Source of the DNA: an uncultured Methanosarcinales archaeon
GTDB lineage: Archaea > Nanobdellota > Nanobdellia > Woesearchaeales > ARS49
Length of the DNA: 64,000 bases
NCBI GenBank assembly: GCA_964637115.1
Contig: CAZWVL010000008.1
Coordinates: 6,932-70,931, forward strand
Direction of reading: 5' to 3'
Shown here: positions 28,401 through 37,808 of the stretch, piece after piece
Numbering within the stretch: the first letter of the stretch is position 1
How the letters are laid out: every line of letters starts with the position of its first letter
Translations under genes and position numbers: made by a program
The notes under the pieces: model-generated
What the model was told of the DNA's origin: nothing
Database searches by the model: none
Seen by the model: only the letters and a program-made list of their open reading frames with translations

Positions 28401-28982
28401 GATAACAGGAGGTGTTGTATCTGGTGCACCTGCAACCTCAGTCAGGGTTCCGAGATTTGTTCCATTGGAAACTGAGGCAATTACTGACGTGCCCATCTTC
28501 GTGATGTTTCCGCTCGCCAAAGGCGATACCGCTGTCGGCCGCACACGGACATTCTGCCAGGTCAAACGATTCCTGACACCGCCGTTCGAAACATTCAAAA
28601 CCGTGAAAACAATCACTGTTGTGTTCACCGATGTAATATTAAGCGATGTGCCATTGGCTGCACTATTGATATTCTTTGTGTCAGGACCAGAACCGGCAGT
28701 CCTTTCCAACAACACCGTAACAGCCGGCGAGCCCGTGTCAAACTCAAAACCAGAAGGAATTTGAAGAATGATTGTTCCAGCTTTAATATCAGAAGCAGCA
28801 GTCTCGGCAAGAGCAGGCCCTGTAAGCGTTGTGTACGCGCCACCAACATCATCCGCTGAAATTGCCCCGCCACCAGTTGCTAGAGTTACTGTTGCAGCCG
28901 ATACAGCAACAGAGCTCAAAATAAACAAAAATGATAAAACAAGCAATCTAAGACAATCACGCGCCGGCTTCCAAGTGTACAT
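25431..28982 (-). CDS. Large surface protein with 11 Ig-like (DUF5011-type) repeats and a C-terminal TM anchor
   Basis: Signal peptide; DTTxPVISLVG...DGATALDNYDGDL...Y.VTYDVSDSSGN...RTVNVV repeats; Gly/Pro/Ala linker; ITG motif; TM followed by RRNK. Confidence 0.9.
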   Translation of the reverse strand: MYTWKPARDCLRLLVLSFLFILSSVAVSAATVTLATGGGAISADDVGGAYTTLTGPALAETAASDIKAGTIILQIPSGFEFDTGSPAVTVLLERTAGSGPDTKNINSAANGTSLNITSVNTTVIVFTVLNVSNGGVRNRLTWQNVRVRPTAVSPLASGNITKMGTSVIASVSNGTNLGTLTEVAGAPDTTPPVITLVGSTPVTIEAGSAYVDDGATALDNVDGDLTGSIVVVNPVNTSALGAYIVTYDVSDAAGNDAVQVTRTVNVVDTTDPVISLVGSTPVNVEVGSVYSDDGATALDNYDGDLTGSIVTVNPVNTSVVGAYIVTYDVSDVAGNDAAQVTRTVNVVDTTDPVISLVGSTPVNIEVGGAYVDDGATALDNYDGDLSGSIVTVDPVNTSVVGAYVVTYDVSDSSGNSAVQVTRTVNVVDTTDPVISLAGSTPVNIEVGSVYVDDGATALDNYDGDLTGAIVTFNPVNTSALGAYTVTYDVSDSSGNSAVQVTRTVNVVDTSVPVITLTGSTPVNVEVGSVYVDDGATAFDAGDGDLTGSIVTVNPVNTSALGAYIVTYDVSDSSGNAAVQVTRTVNVVDTTDPVISLVGVTPVNVEVGSVYVDDGATAFDNYDGDLTSFIVVVNPVNTSVLGAYIVTYDVSDSSGNAATQVTRTVNVVDTGIPVITLAGSTPVVVEVGGVYVDDGATALDAGDGDLTGSIVVVNPVNTSALGAYVVTYDVSDSSSNAAVQVTRTVNVVDTTDPVISLVGSTPVNVEVGSVYVDDGATALDNYDGDLSGSIVTVNPVNTSVLGAYIVTYDVSDSSGNAAVQVTRTVNVVDTTLPVISLVGSDPVTVEVGSVYVDDGATALDNYDGDLTGSIVVVNPVNTSALGVYTVTYDVSDSSGNSAVQVTRTVNVVDTTLPVISLVGSDPVTVEAGSVYVDDGATADDNYDGNITGSIVTVNPVDTSILGAYIVTYDVSDSSGNVAIQVTRTVNVVDTTPPVITILGSNPATITVGSSYVDASATASDNFDGNVTGSIVVTNGVNFSVVGTYNVTYDVTDSSGNSAQAVRNVSVVAAPAPASVGGSGGGGGGGSSHRPLSTGHGPPTGGEPAAAPAAQPGPGSFGGGATLASDESKKPIPAFIPEQVSSFAGGEITGAVAVEPSSVNWLWWILLLILIALAIIGIWYSRRNK
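25785..28421 (-). repeat. Intragenic tandem repeat, 11 x 240 bp
   Basis: 80-aa units, visible as a 240-bp period in the nucleotide sequence. Confidence 0.9.
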
Positions 28983-29087
28983 GTGTTCTCCGAGGATAAC
29001 TTAGGCAATAGCGTTATAAGTCAGTGTGTCCCCCCGGTAGGTAACACAAGGAAAGCATTTATAAACGCACACGCCACCCTATGAGCA

Positions 29088-29840
29088 ATGGAAGGACGTT
29101 TGCGGGAGATAGGGTTTACCCCTGGAGAGGAAAAAGTCTACCTTGCCTTGCTGACACTGGGCAACTCAACTTCAGGCACAATCGCAAAGCACGCAGGAGT
29201 TTCAAGATCAAAACTATACGAAATTCTTGAAAGACTATCAAAAAAAGGATTGGTGAGCCATATTAAGCGAAATAATATTCTTTGTTTCAGCGCGGCCCAT
29301 CCTAGAAGAATTCTAGACCATATCAGAAAAAAAGAAGAATTGTTAAGATACCAGAGATCATCGTTTGAGAAAACTCTTCCTTTTTTTAAAAATTTCATGA
29401 AAGAAAAAAAATCCCATGGAGAAATCGAGTTCTTTGAAGGAAACGAAGGCATAAAAAACGTCTGTGAAACATTCCTAAGAAAATCCAAACCCGGCGATTC
29501 ATTCTACGAGTTCGGAAACTCATCATCAGGCTATACAGACATGCTCGGATATTGGGATGACTTCAGCAAAAGGCGCGCTCAAAAAAAAGTTCGGGCTCTG
29601 CAAATATTCAATCAGGATGCAAAACGCTTCGGAGAACGCCGCAAAAACTTAGCTTATACACAAGTCAAATATCTGCCCAAAGCAGGACCAACGCATTCAC
29701 GAGTCGTGATATACGGAAATGACAGCGTATCCATTACGACGCGACACAAAACTCCAATGACCATCATTATAAGCAACAGACTTGTTGCAGAAAGCTTCAA
29801 GACATATTTTGATGTTCTGTGGGATGCGTCCGCGGAATAA
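29088..29840 (+). CDS. TrmB-family transcriptional regulator
   Basis: GFTPGEEKVYLALL..G..SRSKLYEILERL..KGLV; C-terminal FKTYFDVLW. Confidence 0.88.
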   Translation: MEGRLREIGFTPGEEKVYLALLTLGNSTSGTIAKHAGVSRSKLYEILERLSKKGLVSHIKRNNILCFSAAHPRRILDHIRKKEELLRYQRSSFEKTLPFFKNFMKEKKSHGEIEFFEGNEGIKNVCETFLRKSKPGDSFYEFGNSSSGYTDMLGYWDDFSKRRAQKKVRALQIFNQDAKRFGERRKNLAYTQVKYLPKAGPTHSRVVIYGNDSVSITTRHKTPMTIIISNRLVAESFKTYFDVLWDASAE

Positions 29841-29933
29841 ACCATGAAAGTGTGAACGAAAAAGAATCGCGACACTTAGCTATTGATGCTGTTCAGAAAG
29901 CCTTATAAACCCACCTTCTCGAAATATCCTCAC

Positions 29934-30275
29934 ATGAGCAAGAAAGAAGAACAACAACAGCAACAACAACAGCAAGAGGAAGAAATAAGAAGAACGCCCA
30001 TTCCTCGAGGCAGACAAGTTCTAGGCGTTTGCGAACAAAGAGTAGGCGGCAGCAGAATGAAAGTGCGCTGCATGGACGGAAAGATGCGCATCTGCAGGAT
30101 TCCCGGCAGATTAAAACGAAAATTATGGGTGAGAGAAGGCGACATTTTATTAATAGAACCATGGGAATTAGGCGGAGACGAGAAAGGAGATGTTGTCTTC
30201 AAATACAGACCAATACAGGTTGAGCTCCTGAAGAGAAAAGGAATGCTCAAAGAAATAATGCAGGAAGAGTTCTAG
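29934..30275 (+). CDS. eif1a: Translation initiation factor 1A
   Basis: GGSRMKVRCMDGKMRICRIPGRLKRKLWVREGD..EPW; N-terminal poly-Q. Confidence 0.95.
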   Translation: MSKKEEQQQQQQQQEEEIRRTPIPRGRQVLGVCEQRVGGSRMKVRCMDGKMRICRIPGRLKRKLWVREGDILLIEPWELGGDEKGDVVFKYRPIQVELLKRKGMLKEIMQEEF

Positions 30276-30324
30276 AAGCACATGCAAATGGCAGGGTTGA
30301 TGATTGCAGTCAAAATATGATTTC

Positions 30325-31485
30325 TTACTCCTCGTGCGTGTATGGAACAATCCTCTTCAAAATAACGTCGCAAACTTTTTTTGTTGCATAAACGCCTCCT
30401 ATGAATAGGCCACAGTCTATCAGTGTTGGAGAATTAGCCGCGGCAAATAAACTATATGCGCCAGCGCCCCCATAATAAGCAACATTAAGTGTGACAAAGT
30501 GCCTTAAAGTCTCCAAGGGATCCACATCTGGGCGGTCTTCTGGTTCAATTTTATCGAGGTCATCTTTCTTACCCTCAGCCTTCAGTTTTGCTCGCTGTAA
30601 CATTTTTTTGCTTAAGTACAAACCTGCAAGAATGTAAGTTGTGAAGGCTGGGATTAGGTAACGATAAAATTGATTGCGGTCCTCTTCATGAAGGCTGCCA
30701 TGTCCATGCTTACTTGCGTTCCATTCTTGGTGAAGCATCAATGGTGGAAACACCCTTCCCAAGAGATATTCCCAGTCAGAGTCGAAGCGTTGGCTATCTT
30801 GGTGATGCCCGATTTCATGTGCAATAATAGATTCAACGTTGCTATACACAACAACAGTTTTGGTCATTGGATTGTAATAATCTCCGCGGGCAAATTCAGC
30901 CCAAATCTCATCTTTGAAAGCTATCAGGCTGCCGAGCGTTAGTCGTGCAAATAAATTGTTTCTTTTAGAAAGATTGTCTTCTGCAAACATGCGGTACCAA
31001 TCGTAAAAAGCTTCATTGTGGTTCAATCTTACTGTGATATCTTTTATGCTTGTATCATTTTCCAATAATGCAAGTGCCGTTTTTGCTCTCTTTGCATCAA
31101 GACCCCAACCAACACCCAAATCTCCAAAGTACACTTTTCCTGGAATGCACATAACATGACCGATGAGGCGTGAAGGCAACCAGTCGGCGTCATTAACAAT
31201 GGTATATCGATCAGTCTCGATAGTAAATGGCTTTGAAAAATCAATTTCAGAAGTGCTCACTATGTTCTCAAGAGTTTGCGGATTTTTCTGCTCTGGCTCT
31301 TCTTCAGGTTTTGTTTTGCTTTTTTGAAAGAATGTCGCCTTCTTTATGTGCATTTCAGAAGGAAGCGTATATTTTTGTTCAGTTGGTGTTGATCCAGAAC
31401 CTCCTGTAAAGAGATACCAAGTGTACAATCCGCCAAAAAAGGCGATTTTTCGCCAATTCCTTTTCAGGAAGTCACCGAAACCCAT
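30325..31485 (-). CDS. Membrane protein with HExxH zinc-peptidase motif
   Basis: IIAHEIGHHQD...QEWNAS; several TM segments. Confidence 0.65.
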   Translation of the reverse strand: MGFGDFLKRNWRKIAFFGGLYTWYLFTGGSGSTPTEQKYTLPSEMHIKKATFFQKSKTKPEEEPEQKNPQTLENIVSTSEIDFSKPFTIETDRYTIVNDADWLPSRLIGHVMCIPGKVYFGDLGVGWGLDAKRAKTALALLENDTSIKDITVRLNHNEAFYDWYRMFAEDNLSKRNNLFARLTLGSLIAFKDEIWAEFARGDYYNPMTKTVVVYSNVESIIAHEIGHHQDSQRFDSDWEYLLGRVFPPLMLHQEWNASKHGHGSLHEEDRNQFYRYLIPAFTTYILAGLYLSKKMLQRAKLKAEGKKDDLDKIEPEDRPDVDPLETLRHFVTLNVAYYGGAGAYSLFAAANSPTLIDCGLFIGGVYATKKVCDVILKRIVPYTHEE

Positions 31486-31583
31486 ATAGAATAAACTATA
31501 CAGAGTTATTTATTAAGTTTTCTATTTTTAGTCATTTATTAGTAGTTACTATTTGAACAAACGCTCTTATCAAGCATCAAAAT

Positions 31584-31844
31584 CTAGTAACCCAACTCTC
31601 TCCAAACATCTCGCGGCTTCTCGTTGGGATACTGGCACTTGGGCTCCCGCATCCAATCACTGTAAGCATAACAACTGCCCGTGCACTGCCTGTAACGGAA
31701 GCCGATATGATGCTCGTCATACTCGCAACTGCCAACAAAGTAACACTGACAGGACTGGCTCATGCTGCCTTCAACAGCAACAAAAAGAAACAAGACTAAA
31801 GCAACAACAACAGTAATGCCAAACAGCGAGCGCATCACGTTCAT
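31584..31844 (-). CDS. Small secreted Cys-rich protein
   Basis: Signal peptide followed by 6 Cys. Confidence 0.55.
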   Translation of the reverse strand: MNVMRSLFGITVVVALVLFLFVAVEGSMSQSCQCYFVGSCEYDEHHIGFRYRQCTGSCYAYSDWMREPKCQYPNEKPRDVWRELGY

Positions 31845-31875
31845 ACTATAGTATAGAGAATAAGGCTATTTAAGA

Positions 31876-32805
31876 TTATTTGACGTACTCGCCAGTAGGA
31901 GTACCGCCAGTAACGTAACGATACGCTTCCAAAACAGCAACAGCGCCCATCCCTGCGCTGATAACAGTCTGCTTGTGAGGAACAACAGTAACATCACCAC
32001 ACGCATACAATCCAGGAGTTTTTGTCTTGCACAAAATATCAACAACAATCTCACCAATAGCATTAACGTCTACCAATCCATCAACCATTTTGGTGTGAGC
32101 ATCCCAGCCAATCTCTGAAAAAATGCCCTGCACTAAAAGTTCACGACGCTTTTTCGTGTTCACATCCTCAATGATAAGAGATTTCACAAATTTGTCACCA
32201 GTAATTTCAACAGGAATATGATTTGTAATGATTTCAATCTTCAGATCTTTTTTTGCGTGCTCGACTGTGACTTCATCCGCTCTAAATTTATCGCGCCTAT
32301 GCACAAGATAAACCTTTTTTGCAATACGAGAAAGCTCTAAAGCTCCCTCCAGCGCACTGTTGCCGCCGCCAATAACTACCGTGTCTTTATTTGGAAATAA
32401 AGGCGCGTCACAAGTGGTGCAGGTGCTTAATCCTCTTCCGAAGAACTTGTCCTCACCAGGAATGTTCAGCTTTCTTCTTTCACGGCCATAACACAGAATG
32501 ATGGTTTTTGATTCTAGCTTGCTGCCATCATTCAACTCAATTGAGAAATTCTTTGTTTTTGTAATCTTCGCAACCATTGCTTCATTAATCTCGCAGCCCC
32601 ACTTCTTTGCAGAAGACCAGAACTTTTTCATCAATTCAGGGCCAGGACCTTCATAGCCAGGATAATTCTGAATATCATTAGTAGTATTTGTCTCGCCGCC
32701 GATGTTTGGACCAGTAATTAAAATGCATTTCAGCTTCTTCCTGCCGGCATAAATTGCAGCTGTCAAACCAGCAGCGCCAGCCCCAACAATAACTACGTCG
32801 TACAT
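31876..32805 (-). CDS. trxB: Thioredoxin reductase
   Basis: GAGAAG, CTTCD redox motif, GGGNSA, HRRDKFRA, GLYACGD. Confidence 0.93.
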   Translation of the reverse strand: MYDVVIVGAGAAGLTAAIYAGRKKLKCILITGPNIGGETNTTNDIQNYPGYEGPGPELMKKFWSSAKKWGCEINEAMVAKITKTKNFSIELNDGSKLESKTIILCYGRERRKLNIPGEDKFFGRGLSTCTTCDAPLFPNKDTVVIGGGNSALEGALELSRIAKKVYLVHRRDKFRADEVTVEHAKKDLKIEIITNHIPVEITGDKFVKSLIIEDVNTKKRRELLVQGIFSEIGWDAHTKMVDGLVDVNAIGEIVVDILCKTKTPGLYACGDVTVVPHKQTVISAGMGAVAVLEAYRYVTGGTPTGEYVK

Positions 32806-32850
32806 ACTAAACCTTCACAAGCACCAGTATTTAAGTATTTTTACGAATGC

Positions 32851-32930
32851 CGCGCCGGTCATGACTAAATTTTTCTCCCCTGTGCATGCAAGGGGAGAAA
32901 AATTTACCTTGGTTACGCCAAGGCGGCGCG
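32851..32930. repeat. Branched hairpin element with 16-bp perfect inverted repeat
   Basis: TAAATTTTTCTCCCCT (32866-32881) / AGGGGAGAAAAATTTA (32891-32906), then CCTTGG/CCAAGG, enclosed by CGCGCCG/CGGCGCG. Confidence 0.75.
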
Positions 32931-33041
32931 CCAGTTTACAAAGAAGAAGTCAGAAATTCATCACTTACCTGTTACTCCTCAATGATAGAAAAATATATTA
33001 AGAAGGGCAACAGTGAAATTTCAGCAAGGAGGAAAAGTTAC

Positions 33042-33431
33042 ATGAAAGCTTCTGACATGGGCGCATTTATGGCAATCATTTTACTGGGGTTAAACCTGTT
33101 TGCAGCACTGCTGCTGGAAACAAAAATGCCAAAATATTACGGCTGGGAAATATTGTTCATATGCATCATCGGACTTGTAACATTTGCAGTATTATTCGGA
33201 CTATGGATAGATGAACCATGGGCATACCCATTAAGCTCAATCTTGTTCGCACTGTCCATCGCCAACGTGGTCTGGCTGTTCCACATCACAGACACTTTTA
33301 CCACATCTGCATTTGCACTGCTGATAAACATTGCAGGACTTGTAATCTGCCTGGCAAACATAAGACAACAAGCACCAGTGACTGGATCACTTGAGACGTA
33401 CGAAGTTTCAGAAAGGCGCAGAAAAAAGTAA
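33042..33431 (+). CDS. Four-TM hypothetical membrane protein
   Basis: GGAGG RBS before MKASDMG; hydrophobic helices. Confidence 0.7.
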   Translation: MKASDMGAFMAIILLGLNLFAALLLETKMPKYYGWEILFICIIGLVTFAVLFGLWIDEPWAYPLSSILFALSIANVVWLFHITDTFTTSAFALLINIAGLVICLANIRQQAPVTGSLETYEVSERRRKK

Positions 33432-33517
33432 TTTCTTTTATTTTCTTGTCGAAAACTTGCTAAAATCATATTATGATACTCCAAGTTTTCGAGCACAGTC
33501 GGAATCCGCAAAGCGGA

Positions 33518-36124
33518 TTACCGATGTGCTAAGAACTTGTGAATTTCTAAATAGATAAATCCGGTAAGGGCAACACCAGTTATCATAAGCCATTCCTTCA
33601 AAGACAATGCAACCAGATGAAACACGCCCTGCAGGAAAGGCACGTACATTATCAACAACTGCAGTGCAAACGAAGACGCAACAGCAACCCAGAGCCATTT
33701 ATTAGCAAATAAGCCAACAGCAAACACAGGCTTGTGAACACTTCTGCAGCCGATGGCCTGGAAAAGCTCAAACATAACAATAGACGTGAAAGCAACAGTC
33801 TGCGCTTTTGCCAACCCATGAGACTGGAACACGTCAAACAGCCAAATCGTGGCAATTGTCAACAAGACAGGATAAATGTAAATGTAAGGAGCAAGACCTG
33901 TGAAAATACTCGCATTTGCCCTTCTTGGAGGACGCTGCATCACGCCAGGCTCAACAGGGTCAACACCCAAAGCCAAAGCAGGCAAGCCATCGGTCACAAG
34001 GTTAATCCACAAAATCTGGATTGCGATCAAAGGAAGAGGCAAGCCAAGCAGGATGCTCGACAGAATTACAAGCACCTCACCAATATTTCCAGACAAAAGA
34101 TACGCCAAATACTTCTGAATATTGTCAAAAATCCTCCTGCCTTCCTCGATAGCCCTGACGATAGTTGCAAAATTGTCATCGGCCAAAATCATTCCAGAAG
34201 CTTCCTTCGCAACATCAGTGCCGGTTATGCCCATAGCAATGCCCAAGTCCGCCTTCTTCAACGCAGGAGCGTCATTAACACCGTCACCCGTCATGGCAAC
34301 AATATGGCCTCTTGCCTTCAACGCACCGATAATCTTCAGCTTATGAGCAGGATTCACGCGAGCATAAATGGCAATATTCTCAACTTCTTCTGACAAGTCG
34401 CTAATCTGGTCGAGCTCAAGACCAGTAATAGCACGACCTCTAATTCCAAGCTCCTTGGCAACAGCCTGAGCAGTAGATATATGGTCGCCAGTAATCATAA
34501 CAACCTTGATTCCAGCAGTCTCGCACCTTTCAATAGCCTCTTTCGCTTCTCTGCGTGGAGGATCGATCATCGCCTGCAAGCCAACAAAAACCATTTCTTT
34601 TTCAGGATCGCTCTTTGCATCCAATTTCTTGTAAGCAAAACCCAAAACTCTCAAAGCCTGATTTGCAAACTTCTCATTCTGAGAAATAATAGCCTGCTTT
34701 TCCTCTCTTGTCAGCCGTTGCTCATGACCATTAACCAGAATCTTGGAGCACAGTGACAATACAATCTCAGGAGCACCTTTTGCATAAGCAACCTTAGTCT
34801 TGCCAACAGAATGCAGAGTTGTCATCCGCTTGCGCTCACTCGTGAATTCTATCTCGCCGACACGAGGGCATTCATCGTGCAATGTTTCCACATCAAATTT
34901 CGCTTTCTTGGCAGCCACTATCAAAGCAGCCTCGGTCGGATCACCAATAACCTGCCAAGAATCATTCTCAAGCTTCAGCTTCGCATTATTATTCAAAGCG
35001 CCAATACGCAATAAAAGCTCAAATGCTTTCGAATCTTTTGAAAAATAGCCCTCAGGAGAATAACCAGAGCCTGCAACCTCAACTTCCTGACGATTAACAT
35101 ACAACTTGCGCACGGTCATCTCGTTATGAGTCAAGGTGCCAGTCTTGTCGCTGCAAATGACCGAACAAGCGCCAAGCGTTTCAACACTTGGCAGGTTGCG
35201 CACGAGCGCATTCTTCCTCGCCATACGCTGAACACCAATAGAAAGGCCAACAGTAACTACTGCAGGCAAACCTTCAGGAATAGCTGCAACAGCCAACGCA
35301 ATTGCTGTGAGCAGGACAGCCGTAACCGGCTGGTCAATCTTCAAAACGCCCACAATAAACACAATAACTGCAACAATTACAACCATCACACCGATATAAG
35401 CGCCCAATTTCTTCAGCGTCTTCTGCAAAGGAGTTGCTTCTGGCTTGGCTTCCTGAATCATACGCGCAATATTACCAATCTCAGTATGCATGCCGGTTCC
35501 AGTAACAACGGCACGCGCGTGGCCGTTAGTAATAATGGTACTTGAAAAAAGCATATTATGCCTATCGGCAACAGCCAGCTCTTTCTTGAACGTTTCCAAT
35601 TCTTTCTTCACAGGCAGGCTTTCTCCAGTCAAGGCTGCCTCCTGAGTCTGCAAATTTACAGACTCCAGCAGACGCGCATCTGCAGGAATTTTGTCTCCAG
35701 TATCAAGCAAAATAATATCTCCAGGAACAACTTCTGACGCATCAATTTCCGATTCCTGCCCGTCACGCAGTACCGTTGCCTTCAAGGAAATCATTTTCTT
35801 GAGCGCTTCGATCGCCCTTTCAGCCCGATATTCCTGAACAAAACCAAGAATTGCGTTCAAGACGACAATGGCACCAATAACGTAAAAATCAACATACTCC
35901 TTAACCACCAAAGAAATAATCATTGCTGCCAGCAAAATCCACACAATAGGACTCTTGAACTGGCCCAAAAAAATGAAGAACGGATGAAGTTCTTCTGCCT
36001 CACGAATCTGATTGTGACCGTATATTTTGAGACGCTCAGCTGCTTCTGCGCTAGACAAACCCTTATCAGACACGTTCAGCTCTGCAAGGACCTCTTTTTC
36101 TGTGAGAAGATAATGTTCGACCAC
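33518..36124 (-). CDS. P-type IIA cation (Ca2+) transporting ATPase
   Basis: TGES, PEGL, DKTGTLT, KGAPE, TGDGVNDAPALKKA, INLVTDG. Confidence 0.95.
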   Translation of the reverse strand: MVEHYLLTEKEVLAELNVSDKGLSSAEAAERLKIYGHNQIREAEELHPFFIFLGQFKSPIVWILLAAMIISLVVKEYVDFYVIGAIVVLNAILGFVQEYRAERAIEALKKMISLKATVLRDGQESEIDASEVVPGDIILLDTGDKIPADARLLESVNLQTQEAALTGESLPVKKELETFKKELAVADRHNMLFSSTIITNGHARAVVTGTGMHTEIGNIARMIQEAKPEATPLQKTLKKLGAYIGVMVVIVAVIVFIVGVLKIDQPVTAVLLTAIALAVAAIPEGLPAVVTVGLSIGVQRMARKNALVRNLPSVETLGACSVICSDKTGTLTHNEMTVRKLYVNRQEVEVAGSGYSPEGYFSKDSKAFELLLRIGALNNNAKLKLENDSWQVIGDPTEAALIVAAKKAKFDVETLHDECPRVGEIEFTSERKRMTTLHSVGKTKVAYAKGAPEIVLSLCSKILVNGHEQRLTREEKQAIISQNEKFANQALRVLGFAYKKLDAKSDPEKEMVFVGLQAMIDPPRREAKEAIERCETAGIKVVMITGDHISTAQAVAKELGIRGRAITGLELDQISDLSEEVENIAIYARVNPAHKLKIIGALKARGHIVAMTGDGVNDAPALKKADLGIAMGITGTDVAKEASGMILADDNFATIVRAIEEGRRIFDNIQKYLAYLLSGNIGEVLVILSSILLGLPLPLIAIQILWINLVTDGLPALALGVDPVEPGVMQRPPRRANASIFTGLAPYIYIYPVLLTIATIWLFDVFQSHGLAKAQTVAFTSIVMFELFQAIGCRSVHKPVFAVGLFANKWLWVAVASSFALQLLIMYVPFLQGVFHLVALSLKEWLMITGVALTGFIYLEIHKFLAHR

Positions 36125-36211
36125 AAAAAACAGCTGGAATTACGAATATATATAGTTAACGAAGAAAGATTTAAAATAAACTGCACGTATAACAACAAAA
36201 AAGGTGATTAA

Positions 36212-37057
36212 ATGGTAACAGCACAAGACTTAATGCGAAAAGACTACATTTCTGTCGATATCAGCGATACTGTTTCTGTGCTTCTGGGAGCTCTAAAAAA
36301 AGCAAAAGAACACTATGCACTCGTATTCGACGGCAAGAAGTATTTAGGCATGGTTGCCAAAAGATTCCTGCTTTCCAGCAGAATAGACCCTACAACGATG
36401 AAAGTGGGAAATATAACAAAAAAACGATCAAAATCAAAAACAGCATTCTTCGTGCCGGAACTTTCACTTGACACGGATATAAAAGAAATATGCAAGCTAA
36501 TGTCAAGCTCTGACAGCCACGTGCTTCCTGTTTTAGAGAAGGACAAGGTCATCGGCATCGTGCAGGCAAGCGACGTCGTGCATGAGATAGCCCGTGAATA
36601 CGCAAAGGTATCCTGCCAGGAATTCTCGCCAGTACTCATAACTGCCAGCGCTGACGACGGAATTGATGCTGCAATCAGGATTCTCAGCAGAGAAAGCATA
36701 GACCACCTGCCAATAGTCGACAAGGAAAACGCAGTAATAGGCATGGTAGCAATGTCAGACTTATTGGACAACCCGAACTTTTGGGGAATGCAGGCACAAA
36801 AAATATCGCAAGCAGCCAGCCACCAGAGAGGCAAACGAACAGGATACGGACACGGCGAGAAGACAAAAATGTCAAACCTGCCGATAAGAAACTTATTGAG
36901 CAGAAAACAATTATGCTGCACTTCTCCGGAAACAAAAGTGCCTGATGCTGTCGCATTAATGGAAGAAGAAGGAGTATGCAGCATTGTGCTTGTAAAGAAC
37001 AAGAAAGCATTCGGCATTTTCACCATGAAATCCCTGCTGATGGATTATGCGAAATGA
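36212..37057 (+). CDS. CBS domain protein
   Basis: Four CBS-like repeats (LPVLE..KVIGIV, HLPIVD...VIGMV). Confidence 0.85.
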   Translation: MVTAQDLMRKDYISVDISDTVSVLLGALKKAKEHYALVFDGKKYLGMVAKRFLLSSRIDPTTMKVGNITKKRSKSKTAFFVPELSLDTDIKEICKLMSSSDSHVLPVLEKDKVIGIVQASDVVHEIAREYAKVSCQEFSPVLITASADDGIDAAIRILSRESIDHLPIVDKENAVIGMVAMSDLLDNPNFWGMQAQKISQAASHQRGKRTGYGHGEKTKMSNLPIRNLLSRKQLCCTSPETKVPDAVALMEEEGVCSIVLVKNKKAFGIFTMKSLLMDYAK

Positions 37058-37673
37058 ATGGATAATATTGCTATTGTTAGTTGCATGCATGGTGCCACGG
37101 CAGCCGCCGGCACATTCAGTACCAGCGCAGGAAGTTATGACTTCTGTTGCGCCTAAAGTTCCAACAATTGAAATTATTCCTCAAAAAACACTTACTCCTG
37201 AGGTGAAAAGTATGAAACTATCCAGCCCTGCATTCCAGCACGAAGGAAAAATTCCTTCTAAATATACCTGCGACGGAGAGAATGTTAATCCAGCATTAGT
37301 TTTTTCTGATGTTCCTGCGAATGCGAAAAGTTTAGTGCTAATAATGGACGATCCTGACATTCCCGACTTTGCAAAACAGCGAATCGGCAAGGACGTATTT
37401 GATCACTGGGTAATTTTCAACATAAAGCCAGATGTTACAAAAATATCAGAAGGCGAAGCGCCTGGAACCCAAGGAAACAACAGCAGAGGAGAAGCAAAAT
37501 ACACCGGGCCATGCCCGCCAGACAGAGAACACAGATATTTCTTCAAGCTGTTTGCACTTGACACAATGCTGAGTTTGCCTGAAGGCTCGACTAAAGAACA
37601 AGTTCTAGAAGCAATCAAAGGACATGTTCTGGCGGAAACAGAGTTGATGGGAAAGTATCAACGTAAGATTTAA
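37047..37673 (+). CDS. YbhB/YbcL (PEBP) family lipoprotein
   Basis: Lipobox LLVAC; IPSKYTCDG, MDDPD, FDHWV, YTGPCPP..HRYFFKLFALD. Confidence 0.92.
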   Translation: MRNEWIILLLLVACMVPRQPPAHSVPAQEVMTSVAPKVPTIEIIPQKTLTPEVKSMKLSSPAFQHEGKIPSKYTCDGENVNPALVFSDVPANAKSLVLIMDDPDIPDFAKQRIGKDVFDHWVIFNIKPDVTKISEGEAPGTQGNNSRGEAKYTGPCPPDREHRYFFKLFALDTMLSLPEGSTKEQVLEAIKGHVLAETELMGKYQRKI

Positions 37674-37808
37674 TGTTCTTCTCCGTATTAATCTAATGCC
37701 TCGATTAAATCGGCCGAAAAGGTGAGACATTTTGTACGGCTACGACAACTTTGCATACTCTTCATGATTTTCAATCACGAGAACGACTAAAAAAGAAAGA
37801 AGAGGAAC

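Noticed and set aside
25785-28421. Regular 240-bp repeats as a CRISPR array or DGR template/variable pair
   Set aside because: Repeats are in-frame protein domains with mostly synonymous differences; no spacers, no adenine-specific variation and no cas or reverse transcriptase gene
29948-29975. CAA/CAG run as a contingency microsatellite
   Set aside because: Mixed codons giving an in-frame poly-Q in the aIF1A tail; length change would not shift the frame
32886-33041. N-terminal extension of the membrane protein
   Set aside because: Runs through the palindrome; the GGAGG RBS supports ATG 33042
33734-35545. Long + strand ORFs
   Set aside because: Antisense shadows of the P-type ATPase with no motifs
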